A stretch of DNA of 64,000 bases from a virus (lineage: Duplodnaviria > Caudoviricetes). The notes under the pieces were generated by a model. The model saw nothing but the letters and a program-made list of their open reading frames with translations. It was not told the origin of the DNA and made no database searches. The DNA lies in IMG/VR virus record IMGVR_UViG_3300038679_000021, positions 1 through 64,000 of that record. One strand, 5' to 3'. Positions 17,804 to 27,578 of this stretch are shown here, piece after piece; the stretch's first letter is position 1, and each line of letters opens with the position of its first letter. The translations under genes were made by a program, and so were the position numbers.

Positions 17804-18622
17804 CTAAGCAGCTAGATCAGAAAGATCGCCAGCGGAGAGTCTCGAAGTAATCTGCCGGAATTGCTCCGACGTAATGAACAGTTTCTCGAACTTCCTGTTC
17901 GTGAGAAACCATCGCGGAGACTTGATGCGAAGCATCAAAACAGGGGCAATCAGAGACGAAAAGAACAGAGGAAGGTTCATCTGGGCGAACCCTCTAAAGC
18001 CCCAATCGATACCCCATGTGTTCTTGATAACAATCATGGGCTCACCAGCGATCCCTGAAGTAGTACGCGGGAGCTTCACAGCATGACCATTTGCCGGAGG
18101 GATACGCAACGGGGAAAGAATCTCTCCGTTGATGGTGATTCGATCACTCGTCCAACCATCGTGAACAGAAAAGCCCACTTGAAGAGGGGTCACTTTCAAG
18201 CTTTCAACCAAAGCTGTAACATTCCTAGGAAGGAAGACAAGCTCCGTATCAGGCGGGAGAATCTCATTCCGAATCATTGAACGAAAAGAGGCACCAAGAG
18301 GAAGGCCATTCTCCGGGGAGTATCTCTCGCTAGGGAACTCATTTTCGAAAGCGTCCTTATGGGTCGGATAAGGATTCAACTGAATATCAGGAGAAAACAG
18401 ATTGATATCCAGAATACTTCTGAGAAGAGATTCGAGAATCTCGTATGCAGATTGGGACTCACAAGTTCCAGTTAGCCCTTGGCTAGCTACGAAGTTCTCG
18501 AAGTCCTCCCAAAAAGAGATTTCTTCGAAGACCCCAGTAGACAATGGCGTTGAAAATACCATCCTGTGAGGGAAGGCTTTGCAGCCTTGGAACTTTACAA
18601 GGTCTTTCTCATGGACAATCAT
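17804..18622 (-). CDS. Papain-like (C1) cysteine peptidase
   Basis: QGLTGTCES (oxyanion Gln and catalytic Cys), NGHAV (His), IKNTWGIDWGFRG (Asn). Confidence 0.8.
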   Translation of the reverse strand: MIVHEKDLVKFQGCKAFPHRMVFSTPLSTGVFEEISFWEDFENFVASQGLTGTCESQSAYEILESLLRSILDINLFSPDIQLNPYPTHKDAFENEFPSERYSPENGLPLGASFRSMIRNEILPPDTELVFLPRNVTALVESLKVTPLQVGFSVHDGWTSDRITINGEILSPLRIPPANGHAVKLPRTTSGIAGEPMIVIKNTWGIDWGFRGFAQMNLPLFFSSLIAPVLMLRIKSPRWFLTNRKFEKLFITSEQFRQITSRLSAGDLSDLAA

Positions 18623-18752
18623 TTATGCACCTTGAAACTGTCTGCGTCGGGTCTTTGGAGATCGGAGGTTTGTTGGCGTGTTCGAGATCGTCACTCAAGG
18701 GAATGACGACACACCCAGAGCAGAGAAGAAGGCAAAAGAGAAGGATTCTCAT
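18609..18752 (-). CDS. Small lipoprotein (47 aa, below the ORF-track cutoff)
   Basis: Translated by hand: MRILLFCLLLCSGC-VVIPLSDDLEHANKPPISKDPTQTVSRCINDCP. ATGA overlap with the upstream stop; lipobox-like SGC. Confidence 0.65.
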   Translation of the reverse strand: MRILLFCLLLCSGCVVIPLSDDLEHANKPPISKDPTQTVSRCINDCP

Positions 18753-19018
18753 AGCCCACTAGAGATATCCTGCCCCATAACAGTGCCAGTGCCGCCAGAA
18801 GCGACGATTCCGAAGATCGCCTGAGTGGTCTTCAGATGGAACTGAATACCCTCAAAGCTGGCAAGGGGGATTCCCTTACTGGCTTCGGCGGGCTCTCCGA
18901 TGGAAATGTAAACAGTCTCAGCCCCCATATTCTTGAGGTAAAAGCCAGTACGAAACTGGTTCACCGCAAAAATCTGGGTGCTGGTGTCGGCGAGCGTAAC
19001 AGAAACAGGAGCGCGCAT
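18749..19018 (-). CDS. Hypothetical small beta-rich protein
   Basis: 89-aa ORF in a coupled run of genes. Confidence 0.7.
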   Translation of the reverse strand: MRAPVSVTLADTSTQIFAVNQFRTGFYLKNMGAETVYISIGEPAEASKGIPLASFEGIQFHLKTTQAIFGIVASGGTGTVMGQDISSGL

Positions 19019-19032
19019 GTTCGTACCTTTCG

Positions 19033-19596
19033 TTATTCGGAAACGTTACTGACATTCACATTGATATTTACTGGAGAGTTGTCCCCAGCAGTTACAGGAC
19101 CGAGCGTGGAAGTATTCGCATCGTGCCTGTCCTGAGAATCAGTGGAAGTGACCGTGGAACGGCTGTCACTTTCATCACTCTCTTCGTTGAGTGCGTAAAT
19201 TCCGTAAGCAATTCCTCCTACAATAGCAGAGAAGAGAGTCCCGTCACCAACTTGAGCAATGGTCGTACCCGTAGGGTTGTAAGCCCGAATAATTTGAGCA
19301 TCGGTTTTTCCCATGGTCTGAGCAATCTGAACCCTCTCGAAAGCCGCCATAAGGCGATCTTGAGCCGGACCGGGGGCCATAAGCCGCTGATTGATCGGGG
19401 CGAGAATCTCAGTGCGAACCCAAACCCGCGATCCATTGGCTTCGTCCACCCGAGTCCATCCGTCAGCCTCCGCAAGAGCGTAAGCCTTGTGAACACTTAC
19501 ACCAGTGAAAGGGGAATGCATCTTCCCATCCCGAGACGCGCAACCAGTCGCCAAGCCGATGGCAAGAACCAGAATCGAACTACGGATGATGTTCAT
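19033..19596 (-). CDS. Putative lipoprotein
   Basis: ATG at 19596 (TAATG overlap). MNIIRSSILVLAIGLATGC signal with lipobox-like ATGC; a second hydrophobic segment later. Confidence 0.7.
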   Translation of the reverse strand: MNIIRSSILVLAIGLATGCASRDGKMHSPFTGVSVHKAYALAEADGWTRVDEANGSRVWVRTEILAPINQRLMAPGPAQDRLMAAFERVQIAQTMGKTDAQIIRAYNPTGTTIAQVGDGTLFSAIVGGIAYGIYALNEESDESDSRSTVTSTDSQDRHDANTSTLGPVTAGDNSPVNINVNVSNVSE

Positions 19597-20309
19597 TATT
19601 TCTTCTCCCAGATGTGCATAAGCACCATAATCCAACCTACCCAACGCACTGCCTTGTAGTACGTTTTCGCATACTCGAACCCAACGGCCTCAAGATTGCG
19701 CTTGAACTCTTCGTCAAGCAAAGCCTTCACAGTCCATGGCGACATTCCGAAGAACTTCGAGAGGTAAACGATGTTCGCGTAGCCTTGGTCATGCTTCAAA
19801 GAAGACATCCACGTAATTGGCAATCCATCAGGGCCAAGAGGCCCATCGCTGATACCAGAAACGAAAGGCCCTAAAGCGTACTTGAAACTACAACCGTCCC
19901 ACTCAAAACCCGCCTTTGCTGTGAAAACCCCATCCTTGTAGTTAAGAAAAGGGAGGTCAAACTCCCCTAACTTAGTGAGCCCATCAACACCATACTTGGT
20001 GTCCTTCTGAAGCCTGAACTTCTCAAAGGAAGCATTCTTTGCGGAAAGAAGAAGCTTCTTATTTCTTTTCCAAGCGACTGAAGCTCGATAAACAGCGAGG
20101 ATAACTCCGCAAATAGCAAGGGTCCACGTTTCCGGCTGCTTTAGGCTGTCGTCGATAATTTTCGACCAAGACTCACTGCTATTAGCAAGCCCCACCATCC
20201 AAGCTGCAATGATTGCAGCTAGGTAACGCGCTGCGGCCAACAGGGAAGCGGAGATCGCAACTTTCAGAGCGGCAAAAAATTGATCGGAGGTTTCAGTTTT
20301 GTCGGTCAT
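19596..20309 (-). CDS. Membrane protein (holin-like N-terminus) with DUF1353-like C-terminal domain
   Basis: Two N-terminal hydrophobic segments; GFEWDGCS...SSLKHDQGY...ALLDEEF pattern. Confidence 0.6.
   Translation of the reverse strand: MTDKTETSDQFFAALKVAISASLLAAARYLAAIIAAWMVGLANSSESWSKIIDDSLKQPETWTLAICGVILAVYRASVAWKRNKKLLLSAKNASFEKFRLQKDTKYGVDGLTKLGEFDLPFLNYKDGVFTAKAGFEWDGCSFKYALGPFVSGISDGPLGPDGLPITWMSSLKHDQGYANIVYLSKFFGMSPWTVKALLDEEFKRNLEAVGFEYAKTYYKAVRWVGWIMVLMHIWEKK
20204..20218. repeat. Dispersed palindrome, 1-nt-deletion variant
   Basis: CTGCAATGATTGCAG inside the membrane-protein gene. Confidence 0.5.
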
Positions 20310-20811
20310 GGAAAACCTCAGTCTTTGTGCGAGGAATCACCGTGATCTGCCCTTTATTCGTTACGTCCGTGAACACTAAAGGTCTGTTTGCATCTACAAA
20401 AATACGAGGGTGAATCTCGGCATCCCGCATGTGATCTTGCATCTTGGTGAAGATGATAACAGTATTGACGAGCATTGCCAATAGCATAACAACGTTACCG
20501 ACTGTTATCCCCACAATCATACGATGCGTGGCTCTCTTTTCCCGAAGCCTCTCTTCGGTAAGTCTGGTCTGATCTGTTCGCCACTCATGGAGGTCGTGGG
20601 TGAGGGTCTTGATACCGTCAACACCATTCCCGTAGAGGTCTTTCTCAACCTCAGTCAGCCGACGATCCCTATCAACGAAAGCCTCCGCAAGAAGAGTCTT
20701 GATGGTTTCCGTAATCCTCACAACGACTTGATCGATTACGGTCTTAAACATCAACTCGCACTGAGGATGAGGATAAGGTCCATGCTCTTCTTTCTTTACT
20801 CTTTGGGCCAT
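20293..20811 (-). CDS. Coiled-coil single-TM membrane protein (holin/spanin-like candidate)
   Basis: Coiled coil followed by hydrophobic MIVGITVGNVVMLLAMLVNTVIIF. Confidence 0.55.
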   Translation of the reverse strand: MAQRVKKEEHGPYPHPQCELMFKTVIDQVVVRITETIKTLLAEAFVDRDRRLTEVEKDLYGNGVDGIKTLTHDLHEWRTDQTRLTEERLREKRATHRMIVGITVGNVVMLLAMLVNTVIIFTKMQDHMRDAEIHPRIFVDANRPLVFTDVTNKGQITVIPRTKTEVFHDRQN

Positions 20812-20892
20812 AGAACCTCCGGCAATCGCAAAGTCTTCTCAAATCCATTCGAGGATTCTTACCACAAAGGAACTATACCGAAAAAAGGAGCG

Positions 20893-21927
20893 TCAGTCAA
20901 CCCAAGACTCTTGGGCCAGCGTTTTTCTCTGTCGGAAATTCGGGATATTCCAACCGATAACTCTGCCGTCTTTCAACTCGATGGCAACAACGCCAGTACC
21001 CGAAGGATTTGTTCCGAGAAACCAATGTGAGCGATTCCCATTGGCCTTTGGGTCTGTCGTCGGTGTCTTAACGGTTCGAATCTCGTATACTTCAGTCAAC
21101 GTCCGATCTCGGGCGACAGTTAATCGGACGATTTCACCATTGTACTTCGCCGGAATTAGAACTACAGGTCTTCCTGTAGTTTCACTCGTCTCTTTCCAGA
21201 GGAAGTTCTGGTCGCCTTGCTTATCTACAGGGAGCGGATTGGGGGTAGGCGGCGGTGTCGGAGGGTCCGGGGTCGGCGGCGGGGGTGGCGGGACATAAAC
21301 ATACCCGCACATCACACAAGGCGTTCCGGTATGCCCGTACTTACTACAAAAGTTCTTGGCATTGTAAGCACGGCCCCAAGAATACTTTGAAAGAAACTTT
21401 GCCAGCTTAGTGTACCAAGACTTGATATCGATATCTACAGCCTCAACAGGCATTGGGGCTTCGATCAGGTCAGAGGATTGAGTCAGTCCGGAAGACGTAG
21501 AATGCCAACCGAGAATCCAAGTCCTCCACTCAGGTGGAAGGCTTGGAGAACCTGTTTTGTTCGCTGCAAGAGCATGCGCGAGTTCATGCACTAGATGTTC
21601 CTCGGGGAGGAAGCCATCTACGTGTTTCGCAAGGTCGATATTAGCTATCTCTCTACTCCCTCGGAACTCTCCCACGTTCCCACTAGCAAGTGTAGCAACT
21701 TGCCGTTGGAAGTGTCGGGACCATGCTGTCGTCTCTCTTACATACACGCGAACGGCGATCTTCTGGAAGCCCCACTTCCAGCCAGATTTCTGCTCGCAGT
21801 ATGCCATAGCAGATTTGACTCTGCTCTCGTCAATGCCCTGCAACTTTGAGAAATAGGGCTCATTCCTCATATCATGGAAGGTAGCACACCCAGAAAGCAG
21901 AATAGCAACGATAGGAAGTGATCGCAT
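20893..21927 (-). CDS. Lipoprotein with HExxH zinc-metallopeptidase motif, Pro-rich linker and C-terminal domain
   Basis: Lipobox LSGC, VHELAH, PPPPPPTPDPPTPPPTPNP linker. Confidence 0.7.
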   Translation of the reverse strand: MRSLPIVAILLSGCATFHDMRNEPYFSKLQGIDESRVKSAMAYCEQKSGWKWGFQKIAVRVYVRETTAWSRHFQRQVATLASGNVGEFRGSREIANIDLAKHVDGFLPEEHLVHELAHALAANKTGSPSLPPEWRTWILGWHSTSSGLTQSSDLIEAPMPVEAVDIDIKSWYTKLAKFLSKYSWGRAYNAKNFCSKYGHTGTPCVMCGYVYVPPPPPPTPDPPTPPPTPNPLPVDKQGDQNFLWKETSETTGRPVVLIPAKYNGEIVRLTVARDRTLTEVYEIRTVKTPTTDPKANGNRSHWFLGTNPSGTGVVAIELKDGRVIGWNIPNFRQRKTLAQESWVD

Positions 21928-21935
21928 AAGGCTCC

Positions 21936-23816
21936 TTATTTTTGAAGCTCTAGTATGAACAGCCCACCAGCATTGGTAACGATATTCGGACCCATGTTAA
22001 GAAGCTGGAAGTACATATACACCGGGGCCGTGCCATTCCCCGGACCCGCAGGAATAGCAGAACCAACAGGAACCATATTGGTGGTTTGCGCCCTGAGATA
22101 GGGATTTGCCATAGCAGTATACGCGGTGTTTGTGAAGTAGTTGAATGCCCCGAATCCCGCTGAGTTTCCTCCACCAGACCAACCAGCATAGATACGCCAA
22201 GCCATTCCTGTGGTATAGTAGGTGGTTTGGTCTATCAGATTGTTTGTATTGTACTCTAGCTGGAAAGCTATCCTACTAATATTTGTATACAGCCCACCGG
22301 GCCACATATCTGCAAAAGCGATAGATCCGACAGAGCTTGTGTTTGCAGCAACAGTAGCAGAAGGAATACGTACGGAAACCATAAGGCGATCAGGCCAGTT
22401 GGAATCTGTTATATTGCACTTAACTGCCCCAACCTTCGCTGCCGTGATATTCGTCAGGCTCCCGCCGTCCCCCGTCGCGCCCGGCACAAGCGCCAGCGCC
22501 ACGGTCCCCGTCGCCGCGATGCCAGCGTTCGTGGCATAGCCGCTGGACGCCGCATAACCAGAGTTGGTGCCATAACCAGCCGATGTTGCATACCCTGCAT
22601 TGGTCGCGAAGCCCGCCGATGTGGCGTAGTCTGCCACCAGCGCGACTGTTGACGTTGGCGCGGCGTAAGTGGTGCCCAGCGTTGCGACCTGAGCCAAGAG
22701 GTTGCTATAATCCGTGGAAGAAAGAGCGTTGGTGGTATAGGTAATAACAGGAGCATTGGTGACAATGATAGCCTCCCAAGCTACGTCGAGACTGACCGTA
22801 GGAGAACCCTCATACTGCGCGTCAGTTGCAACATAGGTATCCGCAGGGCTATCCATGATAGCCGTCTGCGATTGATACATATTATTCCCGTCGTTTGCGA
22901 GATACCAAATCAACCCCGCTTGATACCAGAAGCACCACCAATTAGTCTCCCCAAGAAGGACAAAGGCAGGGCCGTTACCAGACTTGCCATTAGTGGCAGT
23001 ATAGGTGCCACCTATGAAATCGTTCGTAGTTGACCAACCATCGAGACTCCAAATCGCCCCGTTGGGTGTAACCGTAATACTGCCTACATAAGAGTTCGTA
23101 GTATAGGTGGCGTCTCCGACAGTAGCACTGACCCAAAACACTCTTTCGATTGATTGTGTGTGGTTTGCAATCTCAAGTTGCTGTACTGCATTAGTGTCGT
23201 GGGCCAGAGAGGTATAGACCCTAGCAGCACCGCCTGTATTAATCACCGCAGACATTGCGGTAGCTGCAAGCCCACTAGCTGTATTTCCCCAAGCAAGAGG
23301 ATAACTCCCAGCCGAAGAAGCAGTGACAGAGGCCGAGACATCTGCAAACATTGCGAACCCATTAGATCGCGAAAAAGCCTCCGCAAGAGGGAACACTAAA
23401 CCAGAGTTAGTATTAACCGTAACTGCCCTAGTAGAAGACGTACTCGCAGCATTGGTATACGTAGAAGCAAGAGTAGCGAAGTTCGAGATGGAAGACCATC
23501 CATATTCGGGGGCATTGGTGAACAGCAGCTTGAAGTAGTAGTTACTCGAAGGCTTCAGCCCGTAGAGATAGTGGCTAACCGTACCTGTAGCCATGCTTCC
23601 TACAAGAGAGTTCCCGTCCCAAGCCTCGAAGTCCTCCCCGGCGTCGGCCCCGCCGTAGACAACATAGACATTACCTGTAGAGGCATTGGTAACAAGGCCA
23701 TCGACAACAGCAAAAACTGAGCCTACAGAGCTTGTCCCAGAGTTGACGAGAGTAGCCGCGTCCAATCTGCAATCGATTGCAGATAAAAAAGCCAGCAAAA
23801 CGAGCAGTTTTTTCAT
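21936..23816 (-). CDS. Signal-peptide-bearing tail fibre/adhesin-like protein with FN3-like domain and YATxAG repeats
   Basis: ATG at 23816, MKKLLVLLAFLSA...LDA; LKPSSNYYF FN3-like segment; hexapeptide repeats; T/N/S-rich. Confidence 0.65.
   Translation of the reverse strand: MKKLLVLLAFLSAIDCRLDAATLVNSGTSSVGSVFAVVDGLVTNASTGNVYVVYGGADAGEDFEAWDGNSLVGSMATGTVSHYLYGLKPSSNYYFKLLFTNAPEYGWSSISNFATLASTYTNAASTSSTRAVTVNTNSGLVFPLAEAFSRSNGFAMFADVSASVTASSAGSYPLAWGNTASGLAATAMSAVINTGGAARVYTSLAHDTNAVQQLEIANHTQSIERVFWVSATVGDATYTTNSYVGSITVTPNGAIWSLDGWSTTNDFIGGTYTATNGKSGNGPAFVLLGETNWWCFWYQAGLIWYLANDGNNMYQSQTAIMDSPADTYVATDAQYEGSPTVSLDVAWEAIIVTNAPVITYTTNALSSTDYSNLLAQVATLGTTYAAPTSTVALVADYATSAGFATNAGYATSAGYGTNSGYAASSGYATNAGIAATGTVALALVPGATGDGGSLTNITAAKVGAVKCNITDSNWPDRLMVSVRIPSATVAANTSSVGSIAFADMWPGGLYTNISRIAFQLEYNTNNLIDQTTYYTTGMAWRIYAGWSGGGNSAGFGAFNYFTNTAYTAMANPYLRAQTTNMVPVGSAIPAGPGNGTAPVYMYFQLLNMGPNIVTNAGGLFILELQK
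23765..23784. repeat. Dispersed palindrome, perfect 20-bp copy
   Basis: ATCTGCAATCGATTGCAGAT within the signal-peptide codons of the 21936..23816 gene. Confidence 0.9.
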
Positions 23817-24481
23817 CAGGTTTCTCCCGCGCCCCAATCGCCAGTAACCGATCCTTCGATTCCGTTCGGGAAAAACTCATGGTATTTTCCCGTAACACTA
23901 TTGAAGAGAAGAAATCTTCCGTCGTCCGTGAATCTCCACTTCGCATTCGTGGGAATTCTCGGGACGAAAAGATTGTTCACGTAGTCCAGAGAAGCGTAAG
24001 AGGGGAGAGGGTTGGCCGAAGGGGAGCCCACTTCGACGGCAATGTTCGAGACGATGATGGGGATATGGAAGAGAAGGTAAGGCGACTCACCCGGAGGCGT
24101 GGCCCACAAGGCTGCGAAGGCCCCGAGGTTGGCCCCCGTACCTATGGCGGTGCGGAGTTCGCTGGTGTTCATGTTCACCCGCCAGCAGACTTTTCCAGTA
24201 GCGAGGTCGAAAGTCCAGTCTCCTGCGATGTTGAACTGGCTATGAAGGCTGGAAACAATATCCGCCTTTCCTGCGGTATATTCATTGTCAATACCGAAGT
24301 AGAAAACCGTCCCTGTTGGGAGGTCGAATGCCGTCAGGTCCGTTTTCTGGAAAGTTACCTTCATCAAAACCTGAGTGCCCCGCCAGAAAGTGAGGGAACC
24401 ATCGAGGGCAGTACCGTCGGAATTCTTCACGGTAAAGGTTTCGACATCGACAATGAGGTCGTAAACAAGTCGGGAGTTCAT
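23816..24481 (-). CDS. Putative baseplate/upper-baseplate-like tail protein
   Basis: 221 aa, beta-rich, located between tail-tip genes. Confidence 0.55.
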   Translation of the reverse strand: MNSRLVYDLIVDVETFTVKNSDGTALDGSLTFWRGTQVLMKVTFQKTDLTAFDLPTGTVFYFGIDNEYTAGKADIVSSLHSQFNIAGDWTFDLATGKVCWRVNMNTSELRTAIGTGANLGAFAALWATPPGESPYLLFHIPIIVSNIAVEVGSPSANPLPSYASLDYVNNLFVPRIPTNAKWRFTDDGRFLLFNSVTGKYHEFFPNGIEGSVTGDWGAGET

Positions 24482-24521
24482 AGGTAAAGAATAACAGAAG
24501 GGGAGAATAGGTCAACCAAAA

Positions 24522-27500
24522 TCAGAAAGTCCACTTAATAACGGAGAAGGGTGTCTCCATTTGGTAAGACCAATCTGCTCGATATGACTTCTGATCCTCA
24601 GTAAAGGTATACTCCCAAGTGAAGTTTACCTGTTCCTCGTTAATGTAATCTTCGACGTAAAGAGTGCGCGTAAACGGTCCAGTATTCGTAGATGCGATAT
24701 TCGTTGTAAAGGCATACGTATTATAGTAGTAAGTGCTGGGCGTTCCTTGGTTAGAAATCTCAGAAGAGAGTTCTGTAAAGGTAACAGGAGAGTATACAAA
24801 AAGGCCGGGGGCAGAAGTAACAGAAGTCCCTACTAACTCAACATCTTCCACAACAGAAGTAGACGCCTCGATTACTAACCAAGTATCAGGGATGAAATAC
24901 TCTTCCTCATAAGGAGAGGCGACCATTGGGATTTCCATGTAGAATCCTGCATAGGTCTCTGAAGACTCAAGATCCCGAATAGTAGCAACTACAGGATCGG
25001 GTGGGGTAGTAGGAAGAAGCGAGGTTGGGGTGATAACAGCAGTAGTGGCCCCTTTGGCTTTTGCTGTAACACCAACGTTTCTATAGTTGGGTTCAGACTC
25101 CGTGCTATTGAGAATGTTCGTGAAAGGGGTTCCGGCTTCGACAGTAGGGGCACCCCAGCCTTCGCCCCCGTAAGGGTCGATATTCACTGAGTAGTAAGCG
25201 TCCGCTGTTTTCTCGTAAGGAAGGAAACCATTGGTTACTGCAAGGGGAGAAAGCCTAGTCGGCTTGGAGTACATTTCAACAGAACAAGCAAGACGGTCAG
25301 AAAGATTCGGCAATGCATAATCACCAAAGGATTTGCTCTTGGTAAAAACAAGACTCCAATCATCCAGAAGGTCGTTATCTGAGCTTCTGCCGTTGGATGA
25401 AACATATCTTCCGCCGCCTTCGTACCTTTGTGAGTAGGTGAGCGTGAGAAGATACTCAGTGAAGTTGCCGTACTCTGTAATATGATACGGAAGATAATGC
25501 GTAAGGTTGGTAGTTACTGCTTGGCCCTTAGAGTTTACATAAATGTCGAGGTAGTTCGGGCCTCTCGTCGTATTGTAATCTTCCGCCAGAGGGTTTCCGC
25601 AATCTACGACGACCTGCACATTGGTACTGTCAACATAGTCCGGATCGCTGGGTTTCTTCCTATTGTCATACGTTTTGTTTATGTTAAGAACGGTGCTGGT
25701 GGAAAACAATTTAGTAGGGTCAACAAACTCATAAGTATCGTTCGTGGCGAGCGTTTGGGAAGACGACGCATAAGTCCACTTCAGTTCCTCAAGAGCCGCC
25801 AACCTCTCATTGAAGAATGATCGGCTCATCCAATAAGCAGGGACACTTCCGTAGGAAGGGGCACTAGCTTTTTGCTTCCAGATAATAGAAGACCCGATAA
25901 GAGTGTTGGTCTCGTCCACAAGCTCAAGAGTTTCGAAACCTGAGCCCAAGGAAACAGATTGGCAAAGTGTATCTGCAACAGAGTTGGTGGAGCTAGAAAC
26001 AGTAGAAGAGAAAGTCTCCGACTCTAGGGTAACATACGGCCCGGTGAATGCTCGAAGAACAGATGCCGTAACAGCTACATCAAAAGTAGGAATAGCGGTA
26101 TTGGTAGTTGCTCTTTCAAACAGAAGATACCCAGTACCAAGGTCTTGGATGGGCATAGACGGAAGATAAATAGCATTCGTGAAACCCGGATGCGTTGCGT
26201 TATAGAGATACTCTTCGAAGTCCCCATACGACTTAGCATTCCCTACTCGCACTGTATTGTAAATGCCATCAGTGCCAGCGTAGATAAACTCCAAGCTCGC
26301 TAAAGCCTTCTCGTAAGTATCGACTTTGGCAGTCCTTGTAAAGGATGCGACTTTGCTGGTGGAGATAAAGTTTCCGGCAGCATAGAAGTTCGTGACGTAG
26401 TAAGCATCGTAATCGGCAACTTCCCAGCCGTAAACGATGTTAGTATATGGCTCTTGGTTTTTCGCTATCGAGACAAGAGTGGTTCCAACATTCGCTTGCG
26501 TAAGAACCTTCTCTAGTGTCATAAAAGGAAGGGCTGTGTAGTACACTGTAGTGTTTGTCCACTCTCCTTGTTCAATGAGTGTAAACTCTTCATCGTAGTA
26601 GCTAGTGTCGGCCCAAGACCATAGTTGAGAAGACTGATTGAGATAGGTATCAAAAGACCCACCAGAGGCTTGGGAGTCATCTAAGAAGTAGGGGATCAAC
26701 GCAGAAATCTCGTAGTCTATTGCCGCCATGTTAGACCAAGAGAGATAGTCTACTATTCCTTCAGTGTCTCCATCGACAGTAGGCTGCTGGGAAGTCCAAG
26801 CGAAGTTCGTGGCGATCACTACCATGACATTCGTGGAATTCCTAAGAGTTACCGTACCAAACTCTGGGTGCCCTTCGTCAAACTTAGCATCTGCCTGAGT
26901 GAAGTAGTTAGAAAAGATCGGGGACGGGCGATAAGCGTTCGTTACGAAAGTACCCGGCGGGCTTTCATAAATCCAGTACCACTCTGGAGCGGTGAGGTTG
27001 TAATTGGAAACATACGTGGAGTTCTTGTTAGTCCAGAATGCTCCGTCAATGAAAGTGTAACGAGATTCGAAATAAACATCCCGATAGGCCCCGGCGGTAT
27101 TCGTGAGAACAGGGACATATTCCTCAGTGTAATCTTGGATCGAAGGGCCAAGAAGCACTTCCTCTGTTATGTTGGAAAGGTACTGAGAATAGTAATACCC
27201 TTCCTCAGTATAGGTTGCAGCCCTGTCGGGGATGGCCGTGACGTTAGTAACAGGATCTCTCCGCTCTGCGTCAGTGAGGGTAGGGTAGTTTACGTCAGGG
27301 TTCGCTACTCTTACCCACGTCTGCCCATTGGAGATAGCATAAGGAAGCGTAACAGGCTGGGTGAAGACCGTCAATGGCCGGTAGTAAAGACGGTTTGTGT
27401 GGTTAATCCCCGATGAAGGGAGATTCGTAACACTCACACCATAAAACGTAGCCTCTTGCCTTGCGTGGAGTTTTTCTGCAATGTTCGTGAGTTCTGCATA

Positions 27501-27578
27501 AGGCAGAAACTCGACAGAGGGGTCGAGTTGAGCGCATGCCGTAGAAGCGAACAGAAGGAGTATTAAGGGCCTAGCCAT
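24522..27578 (-). CDS. Large signal-peptide-bearing tail/receptor-binding-like protein
   Basis: 1018 aa; MARPLILLLFASTACA signal-like start; Y/T/N/S-rich and acidic; in the tail-tip position. Confidence 0.65.
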   Translation of the reverse strand: MARPLILLLFASTACAQLDPSVEFLPYAELTNIAEKLHARQEATFYGVSVTNLPSSGINHTNRLYYRPLTVFTQPVTLPYAISNGQTWVRVANPDVNYPTLTDAERRDPVTNVTAIPDRAATYTEEGYYYSQYLSNITEEVLLGPSIQDYTEEYVPVLTNTAGAYRDVYFESRYTFIDGAFWTNKNSTYVSNYNLTAPEWYWIYESPPGTFVTNAYRPSPIFSNYFTQADAKFDEGHPEFGTVTLRNSTNVMVVIATNFAWTSQQPTVDGDTEGIVDYLSWSNMAAIDYEISALIPYFLDDSQASGGSFDTYLNQSSQLWSWADTSYYDEEFTLIEQGEWTNTTVYYTALPFMTLEKVLTQANVGTTLVSIAKNQEPYTNIVYGWEVADYDAYYVTNFYAAGNFISTSKVASFTRTAKVDTYEKALASLEFIYAGTDGIYNTVRVGNAKSYGDFEEYLYNATHPGFTNAIYLPSMPIQDLGTGYLLFERATTNTAIPTFDVAVTASVLRAFTGPYVTLESETFSSTVSSSTNSVADTLCQSVSLGSGFETLELVDETNTLIGSSIIWKQKASAPSYGSVPAYWMSRSFFNERLAALEELKWTYASSSQTLATNDTYEFVDPTKLFSTSTVLNINKTYDNRKKPSDPDYVDSTNVQVVVDCGNPLAEDYNTTRGPNYLDIYVNSKGQAVTTNLTHYLPYHITEYGNFTEYLLTLTYSQRYEGGGRYVSSNGRSSDNDLLDDWSLVFTKSKSFGDYALPNLSDRLACSVEMYSKPTRLSPLAVTNGFLPYEKTADAYYSVNIDPYGGEGWGAPTVEAGTPFTNILNSTESEPNYRNVGVTAKAKGATTAVITPTSLLPTTPPDPVVATIRDLESSETYAGFYMEIPMVASPYEEEYFIPDTWLVIEASTSVVEDVELVGTSVTSAPGLFVYSPVTFTELSSEISNQGTPSTYYYNTYAFTTNIASTNTGPFTRTLYVEDYINEEQVNFTWEYTFTEDQKSYRADWSYQMETPFSVIKWTF

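Noticed and set aside
21936-27578. Diversity-generating retroelement or invertible tail-fibre switch
   Set aside because: No reverse transcriptase, recombinase/invertase, template-variable repeat pair or flanking inverted repeats were seen in the window.
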